Part shown: piece by piece, positions 29,528 to 40,118 of the stretch
How the letters are laid out: the number at the start of each line of letters is the position of its first letter
Numbering within the stretch: the first letter of the stretch is position 1
Notes under the pieces: generated by a model
Told to the model about the DNA's origin: nothing
The model's input: only the letters and a program-made list of their open reading frames with translations
Database searches by the model: none
Program-made: the position numbers and the translations under genes
NCBI GenBank assembly: GCA_945861635.1
Contig: CAMAWH010000002.1
Span: forward strand, 54,349-118,348
DNA: 64,000 bases
Direction of reading: 5' to 3'
DNA from: Klebsiella pneumoniae
GTDB lineage: Bacteria > Myxococcota_A > UBA796 > SXON01

Positions 29528-30220
29528 ATGCTCCTGCTCCTGCTCGCCTGCTCCGACAACGACCGTGACGACAAAGAAAACGCGATTGAAACGACGGAAG
29601 ACATCGCCGCCGCGTGTGCGGAAGGCACGCCCGAAGCCGTCACGCTCTCCGTCGAGTTTCCCGAGTCAGGTCCGGGGTGCGGTTTCGGCGAGAATGGCAA
29701 CCTGGACGCCGTGGATGCCGTGATCAGCGGGCGGACGGAGCAGACCGACTCGCTCGACCTCGGCGCCGTCGTGCTGTGCGGGACGAACTACAACTTTCAG
29801 CCCGACGCGGACATCGAACCCGTGATGTACTACGACGACTTCCTGTATCTCGCGTTCGACGACGTGCTGCTTGCGACGTCGTACGGCGACACCGTGGCGT
29901 TGTTCGACACCGAAGAAAACGGCTTCCCCCTCTATTCCTGGGACAAGATCGCAGGAACGACGATGGACTTCGACGCGGCAGAGACGTGGTGCCTGGGGGA
30001 GGACGAAGGGCTCTCCGCCTGCACGATTCCGCCTTCCGAAACGGAAGATGTGATGGAGTTGAACTTCGACGGGTCGCTGACCGAGAAGCTCGCACTGCGC
30101 GCCATTCAGACCGAACGACTCGACTACACGTTCATCACCATCGGCGACAACGACGAACAGTCCGATTGCTACCACGCGGAATTCTCGTTTGACGTCGAGG
30201 TTTCGTTCGTCGCGCTGTAG
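29528..30220 (+). CDS. acidic lipoprotein, hypothetical
   Basis: GGAGG-tctcc-ATG ribosome-binding site. MLLLLLACSD lipobox. D/E-rich mature protein. Confidence 0.6.
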   Translation: MLLLLLACSDNDRDDKENAIETTEDIAAACAEGTPEAVTLSVEFPESGPGCGFGENGNLDAVDAVISGRTEQTDSLDLGAVVLCGTNYNFQPDADIEPVMYYDDFLYLAFDDVLLATSYGDTVALFDTEENGFPLYSWDKIAGTTMDFDAAETWCLGEDEGLSACTIPPSETEDVMELNFDGSLTEKLALRAIQTERLDYTFITIGDNDEQSDCYHAEFSFDVEVSFVAL

Positions 30221-30252
30221 AGCGTCACGATCCGCCCGCGCCGTATCGCCCT

Positions 30253-31071
30253 TTACACCCCCGTTTTCGTCTCATCGTCTGAACGATCCGCATCCGGCTT
30301 GCGTCCCGACAACTCCGCCTTCTTGGCCGCCGCTCGCTCCGCACGACGTGCGCGCCGGCGGCGGGGAAACATCACCAGCGCTTCAACGGGGCCCGAAAGA
30401 ATGTGGATGGTACCGATCGTGAAGATCACCGTGGAAATGTCGTACACCGCGCCCAGCGCCACAAACGCGCCCGCAAACAGGACGACGCCCACCATCGTCC
30501 TCCAACTCCGACGCATCGTCTTGAGCGTGCGGTAGGGCACGTTGGACACCATCAGGACCGCGATGGAAAGCGTGTACAAGATAACCGCGCCCGCATTCTC
30601 CGGGGCGCTGTTGCCGTTTGCCGCCTGCCACATGACCATGGCCGCGAGCGTCCCGCCGCCCATCGTGATGGTGATGCCGGGGCTGTAGGTGTGGACCTTG
30701 TTGTCCGTCATGACGTTGAAGCGCGCAAGCCGGAAGGCGCCGCACAACATGAAGAAGAACGCGACGAAGACGCCACTCATCCCGTACGGTTGCAAACCCC
30801 AGAAGTAGAGCAGCGCGGCCGGTGCAACGCCAAAGCTCACGACGTCGATCAGCGAGTCCAATTGCACGCCGAACGCGCTTCCTGTGCCCGTCAGCCGGGC
30901 AACGCGGCCGTCGAGCCCGTCAAACAAGCCGGCAAAGAAGATCATCAAGCCCGCTTGATAGAACGCGTTCGGGTCGCCATTCGCGCCGCCCGCAAGAAGG
31001 ATGGCGTACAAGCCGCAAAAAAGACTCGCGGCGCTGAACCAGTTGGGCGGATTGAGGAACTGGCGAATCAT
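30253..31071 (-). CDS. pssA: CDP-diacylglycerol--serine O-phosphatidyltransferase
   Basis: DGLDGRVARLTGTGSAFGVQLDSLIDVV is the CDP-alcohol phosphatidyltransferase motif. Internal ATG (M81). Confidence 0.85.
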   Translation of the reverse strand: MIRQFLNPPNWFSAASLFCGLYAILLAGGANGDPNAFYQAGLMIFFAGLFDGLDGRVARLTGTGSAFGVQLDSLIDVVSFGVAPAALLYFWGLQPYGMSGVFVAFFFMLCGAFRLARFNVMTDNKVHTYSPGITITMGGGTLAAMVMWQAANGNSAPENAGAVILYTLSIAVLMVSNVPYRTLKTMRRSWRTMVGVVLFAGAFVALGAVYDISTVIFTIGTIHILSGPVEALVMFPRRRRARRAERAAAKKAELSGRKPDADRSDDETKTGV

Positions 31072-31073
31072 GT

Positions 31074-32183
31074 CTATGGGTGAATACCAGAAGGCAGCGA
31101 AAGTGCCAAGTGCAAACGCCGCTCGAGTGCCGCCGATTCCGACGGAGTGACGCGGAAGACGACGGCATCGCGTTCGGCGTGCCAGTCGAGGATCGCGCCG
31201 CCGTCGTCGTTCCAGCCGGCCGCGGCCAACACCCGCGCAAGCGATGCCCCGTCTCGACCGACGTTGTCCCCCACTGCGGCCACCGTGGCGGCCGGCGCCA
31301 TCCCCGGCCACTCCGCGTGGAGGTTACGGCGATCGACGAGCAATTCCCGCGGGGAGGCGCGGCGCACGCCTCCCGCGACGCTGGATAGCTCGGACAGCGG
31401 AAGCACGCCCAGCTCCACGTCCCGGACCACGCTTGCGACGCGGACGCGGTTGGCATCGACACGCGCCAAAATCGTCGTCCCTGCGCCGCCGCTCGTCGCA
31501 ACCGCACGAAGCGCGATCCCCTCGCGATGCGCCCAGGCCACCGCCTCCTCGTACAGCACCTTCGCGCCGTTCCGGGCCAAGGCCAGCGCCTCGTCGAGGG
31601 TCAGGGTGTCGAGCTTGATTGCGTCCGGGACCGTGCGCGGGTCCGCCGTCCAGATGCCGTCTACGTCACTGCAAATCTCGCATTCGTCGGCGCCGAGCGC
31701 GGCTGCCAACACGACGGCCGTGGTGTCACTGCCGCCGCGCCCCAGCGTCGTCACTTCACGGTCACGCGACACCCCCTGAAACCCAGCAACAATCGCGACC
31801 TCCCCAGCGTCGAGCGCGGCGCGCACTCGGTCGGGCCGGACCTCGACCACACGCGCGTTGGCGTGCGCCCCGTCGGTAATGATGCCGCTCTGGCTCCCCG
31901 TGAAGCTGCGCGCCGGCACGCCCAACGCGTCAAGTGCCATCGCTAGGAGCGCCATACTCACACGCTCCCCGACCGAAATGAGCATGTCCAGCTCACGATG
32001 GCGCGGCGCCGCCGAAACCTGCCGCGCGAGGGCAAGCAGCTCGTTCGTCGTGTTCCCCATGGCAGACACGACGACCACGACGCTGGCGCCGCCGGCACGC
32101 GTGTCCCGAATCCGCATCGCAACCTGACGGATGCGCGCCACGTCCGCAACCGAGCTACCGCCATACTTCTGGACGATCAGCAT
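31074..32183 (-). CDS. lysC: aspartate kinase
   Basis: [13 protein letters not shown] ... [15 protein letters not shown] ... [11 protein letters not shown]. Confidence 0.85.
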   Translation of the reverse strand: MLIVQKYGGSSVADVARIRQVAMRIRDTRAGGASVVVVVSAMGNTTNELLALARQVSAAPRHRELDMLISVGERVSMALLAMALDALGVPARSFTGSQSGIITDGAHANARVVEVRPDRVRAALDAGEVAIVAGFQGVSRDREVTTLGRGGSDTTAVVLAAALGADECEICSDVDGIWTADPRTVPDAIKLDTLTLDEALALARNGAKVLYEEAVAWAHREGIALRAVATSGGAGTTILARVDANRVRVASVVRDVELGVLPLSELSSVAGGVRRASPRELLVDRRNLHAEWPGMAPAATVAAVGDNVGRDGASLARVLAAAGWNDDGGAILDWHAERDAVVFRVTPSESAALERRLHLALSLPSGIHP

Positions 32184-32184
32184 C

Positions 32185-32985
32185 TCAGCGCAGATCGACG
32201 TCATCGAGGAGCAGTGTGTTCACCCCGCGATCCGAACCGATGATCCCGGTCACGTCTTCGATCGCCAGCGTAATCGCCCGTTTCAGCGGCGGCGAACCTG
32301 GCTCGACCGGCTTCATCCCCGCCACGGGAACAACAATGTCGACCCAGGTTTCAACCGGCACCTGCACGGCATCGGCGGCGTATCGCAACCCCGCGCCGTC
32401 CCCCGCGGAAACCCGCAAAACGGCGGGAAAGCTCGTGGATCGGGCACGAAACCGCAGCTCGTGTACGGCCACGCCTTCCGCGACGGCGACCATGACTGCA
32501 TCGTCTTCACCCGTCCGCACGATCGTCTCCCACGCGAGGAGAGCGTTGCCTTCGACGCGGCGAATCGTCACCTCTCCCTTCCCTGCGCCCGACGAACCGC
32601 GAACAAACCCCGCCGCGCCGGTTTCGAAATTCCAAACCGCCGGCAGCGCCGGGAGCGCGCGCTGCCGCAGTTCTACCTGCGCCAGGAGGGTTTCCGCGGC
32701 CCGCGCCATCGCCGGGTCGTCTACCGCCGCCCGTAGCGCCTCGACCGCCCCCTCCAAATCGCCGGACTCCAGACGCGCGCGCCCGAGCCAGTAGCAGGTG
32801 ACGCCCCGCATCGCATCGCGCGGGCCGAGATCGTCCAAAAGCTCCTCGTAAAACTTCGCTGCCACATCCGGCGTTCCGTCCGCTGCATCGACAAGGCGGG
32901 CATCGTACAAGGCCTCCCAAGGGCGGGCGGAATCGTCCGCGGCGAGCGCAGGCACGCTCCCGACGAACATCATCGCCAGAATCAC
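32185..32985 (-). CDS. secreted protein: TPR-like N-terminus plus beta-sandwich (CBM/CIA30-like) domain
   Basis: GTG start overlaps the response-regulator stop (GTGA). Signal-like [15 protein letters not shown]. High GC3. Confidence 0.55.
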   Translation of the reverse strand: MILAMMFVGSVPALAADDSARPWEALYDARLVDAADGTPDVAAKFYEELLDDLGPRDAMRGVTCYWLGRARLESGDLEGAVEALRAAVDDPAMARAAETLLAQVELRQRALPALPAVWNFETGAAGFVRGSSGAGKGEVTIRRVEGNALLAWETIVRTGEDDAVMVAVAEGVAVHELRFRARSTSFPAVLRVSAGDGAGLRYAADAVQVPVETWVDIVVPVAGMKPVEPGSPPLKRAITLAIEDVTGIIGSDRGVNTLLLDDVDLR

Positions 32986-33683
32986 CCCTCCGCCCCGATG
33001 AACTTGTACCCGATGCCATGGAGCGTCTCGATGAAACGGGGTGTTCCTGCATCATCTTTGAGCTTTTTTCGCACGTTCAGAATGTGCGTATCGACCGTGC
33101 GCGTCGTGACGCCGGGGCTGTACTTCCAGATCGACGTCAACAGTTCTTCCCGCTGGAGCACCTTGCCGCGGTGCTCGATCAGGTACCGGAGCAATTCCTG
33201 CTCGCGGTTGGAGAGCCGCTCGACCCCGTCTGGATGGTTGATCAGATAATTGTCGAGGTCCACCTCGATCTCTCCGAACTTGTAGACGGATCGGGCACCG
33301 CCGGCGCGTTTCAACGCGGCCTTCACGCGGGCGCGCAGTTCCAGCAACGAGAATGGCTTGGTCATGTAGTCGTCGGCGCCGAGGTCGAACGCAAGGAGCT
33401 TGTCGTGCTCCAACGTACGCGCCGTCAGGAAGATCACGGGTCCGTTGAAGCCGCCGTCACGGAGTGCGCGGAGGATCTCGAAGCCATCCTTGCCCGCAGG
33501 GCCTTCGGGACCTTCATGGAGCATGACGTCAAGCACGGCGATGTCGAGCTTGTGGCGCGCGGCGAGCGCGATGGCCGCCTCTCCGCCGCGGGCATGGTAA
33601 ACGTCGAACTCTTCTCGGGTGAAGTACGCCACCAGCGAGGAGAGAAGGTCTTCTTCATCTTCTACAAAGAGAATTCGAGCCAT
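32982..33683 (-). CDS. OmpR-family response regulator
   Basis: MARILFVEDEEDL ... DIAVLDVMLH receiver domain and a winged-helix C-terminus (TRTVDTHILNVRKKL ... IETLHGIGYKF). Confidence 0.9.
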   Translation of the reverse strand: MARILFVEDEEDLLSSLVAYFTREEFDVYHARGGEAAIALAARHKLDIAVLDVMLHEGPEGPAGKDGFEILRALRDGGFNGPVIFLTARTLEHDKLLAFDLGADDYMTKPFSLLELRARVKAALKRAGGARSVYKFGEIEVDLDNYLINHPDGVERLSNREQELLRYLIEHRGKVLQREELLTSIWKYSPGVTTRTVDTHILNVRKKLKDDAGTPRFIETLHGIGYKFIGAEG

Positions 33684-33686
33684 CGG

Positions 33687-35705
33687 TCATGCTCCGGATC
33701 GCTCCGACGCGGACGCCGAAGTCTGGATTGGGAAATGTAAAGTGAACGTAGTGCCCTTACCCGGCTCGGAGCGTACCGCGACCCGGCCGCCGTGAGCTTC
33801 CATGATGTATTTGACGATCGTAAGACCGATTCCCGTCCCCTTCCTTCGGCGCGCCTGCGGATCGCTGGAACGGTAGTACTGCTCGAAAATCTGCCGCTGC
33901 TCCTCCGGCGCGACGCCGATGCCGCGGTCGGCCACGTCAACCACCACCTCACCCGGCTCCGTTCGTACTTCCACGCCGATCCAGCCCGCGTCTCCTCCGT
34001 ATTTCGCAGCGTTGGAGATCAAGTTCGATACGACCTGCGCCACGGCATCCGAGTCGTGCCACAGCACAGGCAAATCTTCTGGAAGAACGAGATCAATCGT
34101 GATTCCTCGCAATTCCATGGTGATGCGGGCGCTCTCAATCAAATTCGAGACCGTGGCGCCGAGATCGCCCGGACGAATCGTATATTTCTTCTGACCGCGC
34201 TCGATGGCGGCAAAGTCAAGCATGTTGTCCACCATGCGCGAGAGCCGCTCCGCCTCGCGGACAATGACGTCGTAATGGCGAGACCGCAAGGCGTCCGTAT
34301 CCGCGAGCCCGAGCTGCAACGCTTCTCCTTTGAGTCGGATGGCAGTAATCGGCGAACGAAGCTCGTGACTCACGTTCGCCGCGAATTCCGACTTCGTGCG
34401 CGCCGCATCGAGTTCGCGTTGCACGAGGCGCACGGAAAGTACGGCACCAACGCCGATCATCAACACGGACAAGAGGATGATGCCGATTCCACGCCGCACC
34501 TCGTCCGCCTGCCGGCGTTTCAGCTCGGCGGGGTCACGCGGATAGACAACCAGACTCCACGACGGCAGCCACGGAGAAAGCGTGCGCCGAAGCGTCACCT
34601 CCGCAGGACCGTTTGAATCGTCTGAAAACACGGCAGGAGCCACGTCAGAATCGGCTCCGGCCGTCTGTTCCGCGATCGCGTTGAGCCGGCGGAGAAGCAG
34701 GTTCGCATCGAGCGCAAAAACGTACTGATCGTCGTCGGTCCATGTCATGGCCCAAAGCGCCATGTCGCGAGGGTGGTAGGAGAACGCGCCCGGCTCGTCG
34801 AGACGAAGGTACCGCCCCTTCGCACCGAGGCTTTCTTCCTCGACAATCAATCTCTCTGCCCAATACAATTGGGTCGACCGCTGCTTCAACCGGCCCCGCG
34901 CGCTCGCGACCCACTCACGACTCGCCTGCGACGACGCCAAGTCGATTGCACGGCGGGCAACCGCCGCTTCTCCCCCCTCGCCGATGGTCCAATCCTCCGC
35001 GAGAATGGCCTCGACGAGCTCACGCAGAATCCCCTCTCCTGCAACCGGATCACGGGAGAATACGGTTTCCCCGCGCTTCAGTCTCGCCAGATCCGCGAGG
35101 CGGAAGCCGCTCGCGTCACGGAGGCTGCCCGATCGCTCGACAACCTCGGTGAAAACAGCCTCCGCGGCGCGCGTTTCGCCACCGGCGGCGAGGGCGCGAC
35201 CCCGCGCAAACATCGCCTCGTTCTTCTCGCGCTGCCCGCGCGCCTGCCTTGCGACGTCGAGGTAGAGCGCGGCGGCCCGCAGGCTCCCGCCATCTCGTTC
35301 CGCCGTCCGGGCTTCGGACCAACGCCGTGAGAAATGAAACCCCGCATTTTCCCATGCTTCTCCCTCTGACCGGCGAAACGGGGAGAGCAGCCTGGAATCG
35401 CCGTCGAACCGAAAAACGACGCGCAACGTCTCGCTCATTTCCGACAGCGCCGTATTCAGTGACTGCCCCGTCTTGAGGCGGTTCAGCGTGGCGTCCTCGA
35501 ACGACCGAAAAAGCGTCGTCGTTTCAACCTTGAACGCATCGGCGACAAATTCCGCCTGGCGCTGGACTTCACTTGCGCCAGCGCGTTGCTCCGCGCGAAT
35601 GCCCTCGATGCCGTAGTACGCGAGGAGGATGCCCGGAAGTCCAATGGTCGCCGCAAACACCGTCACGAAGGTGAGCACGCCGCGCAGGTGATAGAGATCC
35701 TCCAT
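33687..35705 (-). CDS. sensor histidine kinase with a large periplasmic domain
   Basis: SHELRSPITAI H-box, N/G boxes (NLISNAAKYG, DRGIGV, GTGIGL), and two TM segments flanking about 330 aa. The 1008-aa ORF's N-terminal third is antisense to the dehydrogenase gene. Alternative ATG at 35735. Confidence 0.85.
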   Translation of the reverse strand: MEDLYHLRGVLTFVTVFAATIGLPGILLAYYGIEGIRAEQRAGASEVQRQAEFVADAFKVETTTLFRSFEDATLNRLKTGQSLNTALSEMSETLRVVFRFDGDSRLLSPFRRSEGEAWENAGFHFSRRWSEARTAERDGGSLRAAALYLDVARQARGQREKNEAMFARGRALAAGGETRAAEAVFTEVVERSGSLRDASGFRLADLARLKRGETVFSRDPVAGEGILRELVEAILAEDWTIGEGGEAAVARRAIDLASSQASREWVASARGRLKQRSTQLYWAERLIVEEESLGAKGRYLRLDEPGAFSYHPRDMALWAMTWTDDDQYVFALDANLLLRRLNAIAEQTAGADSDVAPAVFSDDSNGPAEVTLRRTLSPWLPSWSLVVYPRDPAELKRRQADEVRRGIGIILLSVLMIGVGAVLSVRLVQRELDAARTKSEFAANVSHELRSPITAIRLKGEALQLGLADTDALRSRHYDVIVREAERLSRMVDNMLDFAAIERGQKKYTIRPGDLGATVSNLIESARITMELRGITIDLVLPEDLPVLWHDSDAVAQVVSNLISNAAKYGGDAGWIGVEVRTEPGEVVVDVADRGIGVAPEEQRQIFEQYYRSSDPQARRRKGTGIGLTIVKYIMEAHGGRVAVRSEPGKGTTFTLHFPIQTSASASERSGA

Positions 35706-35783
35706 GGCCCGAACGTTGCCGCGCCGCGCATCCATGATGCGTCGGAAGAGTCGCAGCGGTCCGAGGCTGGCGTCCACGCCGTC

Positions 35784-36767
35784 ATGGTAGCCGGTCGGAC
35801 CCGGCGGGCGGTGCTCATTCGTGCCCACGGCGGGCCGGACGTCTTGCAGATCGAGGAGGTTCCGGCTGCGGAACCAGGGGTGGGAGAGGTGCGCGTGGCC
35901 GTCTCGCACGTCGCCCTCAATCACCTGGACGTGTGGGTGCGAAAGGGCGTGCGCGGGCACGATTTCCATCTGCCGCGCATTCCCGGGAGCGACGTTGCGG
36001 GCGTCGTCGATGGTCGTCGCGTCGTATTGCATCCGAGTTGGGGATGCGGAGAGTGTGGGGCGTGCCGCGAAGGGCGAGAAAACCGCTGTCGGCGCTTCTC
36101 CATCCGTGGCGAGAACACCGATGGTGGCTGCGCGACGGAGGTGATCGTTCCGACGTGGCAAACGCTTGATGTTCCCGACGGACTGGCGTCTGCGGACGCC
36201 GCCTCGCTGCCCCTCGCCCTGCTGACGGCCTGGCACATGTTGCGGGTGCGGGCCCGATTGCAGCCGGGGGAGCGCGTACTCATCCAGGCCGGAGGCAGCG
36301 GCGTTGGCGTGATGGCCATTCAGATCGCGCGCATGCTCGGGTGCGACGTCCACGCCACGGCGTCGACGTCCGAGCGGCGGGAGCGACTTACGGCGCTCGG
36401 AGCGACGGCGTGGTCGTACGAAGAGAGTGGCGTACGCGACGTTGACGTGGTCGTCGAGAGCGTCGGCGAGGCCACCTGGGCCGCCTCGATTCGGGCGCTG
36501 AAGTGGGGTGGCCGGCTGGTCTGCTGCGGCGCGACGAGCGGCGCCGACGTGAAGCTCAACTTGCGCGTGCTGTTTTTCAAGCAGATCGACGTGTTGGGCT
36601 CCACCATGGGCACCCGCGCGGACATGGCCGCGGCCTGGGATGCCGTGCGGGCGGGCGCCATCCGGCCGGTCGTCGATTGTGTGCTTCCCATGATGGAGAT
36701 CGGGCGGGGGCACGAGCGTCTGGAGCGCCGCGCCGCGTTCGGCAAAGTTGTGCTCGCGTGGGAATGA
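35784..36767 (+). CDS. zinc-type alcohol dehydrogenase / quinone oxidoreductase family protein
   Basis: AVLIRAHGGPDVLQIEEVP ... IPGSDVAGVV ... GCGECGACREG ... IQAGGSGVG. Confidence 0.85.
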   Translation: MVAGRTRRAVLIRAHGGPDVLQIEEVPAAEPGVGEVRVAVSHVALNHLDVWVRKGVRGHDFHLPRIPGSDVAGVVDGRRVVLHPSWGCGECGACREGRENRCRRFSIRGENTDGGCATEVIVPTWQTLDVPDGLASADAASLPLALLTAWHMLRVRARLQPGERVLIQAGGSGVGVMAIQIARMLGCDVHATASTSERRERLTALGATAWSYEESGVRDVDVVVESVGEATWAASIRALKWGGRLVCCGATSGADVKLNLRVLFFKQIDVLGSTMGTRADMAAAWDAVRAGAIRPVVDCVLPMMEIGRGHERLERRAAFGKVVLAWE

Positions 36768-37720
36768 GGCGCGGTCGCGGGCCCGACCGACCGGAAACGG
36801 AGCGTTCGTCCCGACCCATTCGCTCGGCGCCCGTACACGCGAGGCCGAACGAGACGCGTCCTCCGCCGCCGTCCACGCCGCGCTGGAAGGTCCGGCATGA
36901 AGATTTCGTGGTTGTCGAGCTTCCCCTGCACCCGCCGACCGGGCGCGGGCCGTATCAATGGCTCTGGGTGGAGAAGATCGGTCGCAGTACGCCGGAAGTT
37001 GCGAACATGATCGCGAGGGCGGCTCGCGTGGACGTCGCGGACGTGGCCTGGGCGGGGCTCAAGGATCGTGAGGCGCGGACGGAGCAGGCGTTCACCGTCT
37101 ACGGAGGGCGTCAGGTGCGCGATCTCGGGGAAGGCGTAACGCTGTTGCGTCACGACCGCACCACCCACCGACTGCGGGTCGGGGAGTTGGCGGGCAATCG
37201 TTTCCGCATTCTGGTGCGCGGCGGAAATGCGGACCTTGCACGCGCGCGCCTGCCGTCGAGCATGCCGAACTTTTTCGGCCCACAGCGCGTCGGCGGGGAT
37301 GCGCCGGACGTCGGAAGGAACCTGCTGCTCGGACGAGCCGGACGCATCGAACCCACCCGGTTGCGGTTCGCCATCGCGGCGTATCAGGCTTCCCTGTTCA
37401 ACATCGTCTTGCGAGAACGCGGGGACAGCAAATTGCGAGGCGACCTGATGGAAGGCGGCGTCGCGACGGGGCCGTTGTACGGCAGCACGATGCGCTGGCC
37501 GCGGGGAGAAGCGCTGGCGTTGGAGCAGGGCGTGCTGAACGCGGAAAACCTGCCTCCCTTCGCTTTTGAACGGTTCGGACCGATCGCGCGGGGCGCTCGG
37601 CGGGCCCTCCACGTGGCGATAGCGGCGGAGATTACCGCCGCGGACGACGGTTTCCTGCTGACAACCGATCTGCCCGCCGGCACCTATGCGACCGTGCTTC
37701 TGGAGCGGATCTGCGGCTGA
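36764..37720 (+). CDS. truD: tRNA pseudouridine(13) synthase
   Basis: EDFVVVE ... AGLKDREARTEQ (catalytic Asp context) ... NFFGPQRVG. ATG overlaps the upstream stop (ATGA). Confidence 0.85.
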   Translation: MRRGRGPDRPETERSSRPIRSAPVHARPNETRPPPPSTPRWKVRHEDFVVVELPLHPPTGRGPYQWLWVEKIGRSTPEVANMIARAARVDVADVAWAGLKDREARTEQAFTVYGGRQVRDLGEGVTLLRHDRTTHRLRVGELAGNRFRILVRGGNADLARARLPSSMPNFFGPQRVGGDAPDVGRNLLLGRAGRIEPTRLRFAIAAYQASLFNIVLRERGDSKLRGDLMEGGVATGPLYGSTMRWPRGEALALEQGVLNAENLPPFAFERFGPIARGARRALHVAIAAEITAADDGFLLTTDLPAGTYATVLLERICG

Positions 37721-37730
37721 CCAACGGGCG

Positions 37731-38240
37731 CTAGAAGAACCAGCGGCCGCCGACGTTGGCGTGGCCGATCGGATACGGGCCTAGCGTGCCGTACAGCGGA
37801 TCGTTCTTGGCGTAGAATTGGTCCCAGGTTGCAAGTCCGATACCGGCGTCGAACCCTGCAAAGGCCTCAACCGGCAGGTCGTTGAAGCGAAGGGTGGCGG
37901 CCGCACCGCCGTAGACGCCCGGGGCGGCAGAAAGGGTGGCCCCGTAGTAAAAGCTTGGCGGGTAGATATCAACCTGCAACCCCGCACATGCGTACATGCC
38001 GAGCGAACCGAAGTCCCACTCCGCAAACGTGACGAGGTCACGCTCCGCCTGCGCCCGGATGTCCCAATACACGCCGTAGGTTGTGCCCACGTAGGCGGAG
38101 GCCGCCCACTTCTCCGCGAGAAAATATTTGGCGGTGACGGCGAGCGGGTACCCAATGTTCGCCCCCACCCCGAACTTCTTCAGCGTTCCAACTTCCGTCG
38201 CGTGGGCAAATGTCGAGGCGAGGATGAGCAACGTCAGCAT
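37731..38240 (-). CDS. small outer-membrane beta-barrel protein
   Basis: Signal peptide MLTLLILASTFAHA, alternating aromatic/Gly strands, C-terminal GGRWFF. AGGAGTTCCCATG start context. Confidence 0.55.
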   Translation of the reverse strand: MLTLLILASTFAHATEVGTLKKFGVGANIGYPLAVTAKYFLAEKWAASAYVGTTYGVYWDIRAQAERDLVTFAEWDFGSLGMYACAGLQVDIYPPSFYYGATLSAAPGVYGGAAATLRFNDLPVEAFAGFDAGIGLATWDQFYAKNDPLYGTLGPYPIGHANVGGRWFF

Positions 38241-38374
38241 GGGAACTCCTGCGTCCGCTTTCTATTCGACGATTGCTTGACGTGCATTGCTCGCCCTCGG
38301 ACTTGCGATGGTGCGCCGCCACGTTAGGGCGCGGTTCCCGGCCTCCCGTCGGGTTCCCTTCCCTCGAGGTTCTC

Positions 38375-38824
38375 ATGAAGAAGATTCTATCCATCGCTGC
38401 GCTCATCGCGCTTTCCGGCTGCTCCTTCAAATTCCACAGCATCCCGGGCGCGCCGCTTCCGTTCGCCAGCGTGGACTACACGATCCTCGGTGAAACAAGC
38501 GCCGAAGCCTGCGGAACCTACATCTTCGGCATCGACTTTCCCCACCTCTTCGTCGACAAGACCGGCTCGACGGGCGGCGGCGGCGCAACCGATCTCGCGG
38601 GCTTGATCGCTGGACTGCTGCCGTCCGGCAACGCCGAGACCGGCCGCGCGATGTACGAAGCGCTCGAGAAGATGCCCGAGGCCACCAACCTGTACGCCGC
38701 GCGCACGCACACGACGGTCGACGGCTTCGCGCCGCAGGCCAACCCTATCTTCGCCAAGCGCTGCACGCGCGTCGTGGCGCACGGTGTCAAGCTCGGAAAG
38801 GGCCCGGTCCCGAACGCGAATTAG
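38375..38824 (+). CDS. lipoprotein, hypothetical
   Basis: MKKILSIAALIALSGC canonical lipobox. GAGG ribosome-binding site. Confidence 0.6.
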   Translation: MKKILSIAALIALSGCSFKFHSIPGAPLPFASVDYTILGETSAEACGTYIFGIDFPHLFVDKTGSTGGGGATDLAGLIAGLLPSGNAETGRAMYEALEKMPEATNLYAARTHTTVDGFAPQANPIFAKRCTRVVAHGVKLGKGPVPNAN

Positions 38825-38833
38825 GCGTTCGAG

Positions 38834-40063
38834 CTAGTACGCGTCCACAAAAGCGCGCACCCGTTCGGGGCGGTCGGTGATCCACGTCTGGAAACACGCG
38901 ACCTGCCCCTCGAACGTATCCACGCCCCACGGCCATCGTGTCTCGGCGGCCACTGCCGCTGCGATGCGATCGTGCGTTGCGGCCACCCGCCCCGCGAGAT
39001 CGTTCTCCTCAAGCTGATCGGCCACATCCAACATCGCGCGCCTTACGTCGTTCCAGCACGCGTCGTTCGCCCGGCACCACGTGGCCAGATACCCACGCGG
39101 CCACGACCCGAAGTCGTCGAAAAGTCCGGGCTCACACGCCTGCTCGGCGTCGGGCGGGTAGGCGTAGCTGAACGTGGAGTCGGCACCCCACGGAGAAAAC
39201 GAAGCCCGGTCGGTCAGCGGATCGTGGTAGATGAAATAGTTATTCAGGTTGAAGCTGTACGAGTCGGGGTGGTTGACGACGTACTCCACAGCAATGAAGC
39301 GGGTGAGGTGGCCCCAATCCCAGTGCTCGCGGATCGCCGCTTCCTCGCCGGTCGCGGCGGCGGCGCAGGCGCGGATGAGCCCGTCCGCGTCGAAGCTCGG
39401 ACCGCTGTCTTGCAGGTCGTAACAGGAGCAATCGAGGTTGACGTCACACGTACGCTGCATCTCGTATAGGCCGCCGTTGCTGCCAGGCCAAACGCGGTCC
39501 ATGAAATCGTCGTCCATCGATTCGACGATGGTGTACAGGCCGGTTGCGTCGCCATTGAGGCTGACGGCCGCGTAGCCGGTGCGCGGGGCCGGAACGTCGG
39601 CCTCGCGGAAGGTGCGATACGCGAGCGTTTCCGCCATCTGCGCGCCATCCCAGTAGTTGCTGTTCAGCGTCAGGCGTTTGAGGCCGTGAAACCGGAGGGT
39701 TTCGTCGTATTCGTCGAAGCGGATCTTCCACGCGGGCTTTCCCGTGATCCACTGGTAGGTCGAGCTCCCTTTCAGCGAGATTCCCACGGGCTCATAGCGA
39801 TCGTCGCCATAGGTGAGCGCGCCCGAAACGTAGGATTTGGGGTCCCCGGCCAGCGTCGTGATGGCGGCATCGTCGAGTTCGATGGCGAGGGTCAGGATGC
39901 CGGTGTCAGCGAAAACGATGGCGGATGGGTCCCTGGGGACATCGGGGCGGGAATCGGCCTCGCCGCCGGGGGCGGCTTCCGCGTCGTCCGAAGCGTCCGC
40001 CGCGTCACTCGACGCACGGTACTCCCCGGGGACGGTCGCGATGCAGGCGAGGGTGATGAGCAC
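38834..40063 (-). CDS. CotH kinase family protein, exported
   Basis: LTLNSNYWDGAQMAETLAYRTFREADVPAPRTGYAAVSLNGDATGLYTIVESMDDDF and VVNHPDSYSFNLNNYFIYHD ... FSPWGADSTF match the CotH pattern. GTG start is forced by an upstream in-frame stop. Confidence 0.7.
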   Translation of the reverse strand: MLITLACIATVPGEYRASSDAADASDDAEAAPGGEADSRPDVPRDPSAIVFADTGILTLAIELDDAAITTLAGDPKSYVSGALTYGDDRYEPVGISLKGSSTYQWITGKPAWKIRFDEYDETLRFHGLKRLTLNSNYWDGAQMAETLAYRTFREADVPAPRTGYAAVSLNGDATGLYTIVESMDDDFMDRVWPGSNGGLYEMQRTCDVNLDCSCYDLQDSGPSFDADGLIRACAAAATGEEAAIREHWDWGHLTRFIAVEYVVNHPDSYSFNLNNYFIYHDPLTDRASFSPWGADSTFSYAYPPDAEQACEPGLFDDFGSWPRGYLATWCRANDACWNDVRRAMLDVADQLEENDLAGRVAATHDRIAAAVAAETRWPWGVDTFEGQVACFQTWITDRPERVRAFVDAY

Positions 40064-40118
40064 TCCGTGATCATACTCCCGATTCCGCGCTCGGCCGCGA
40101 AACCAGGATTCGGCAGCG

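Noticed and set aside
35706-36713. N-terminal third of the 1008-aa minus-strand ORF that would extend the histidine kinase.
   Set aside because: It is antisense to a well-supported zinc-dehydrogenase gene. Its sequence is Arg/His/Pro-rich and not protein-like. The kinase's first TM segment follows the internal ATG at 35705.
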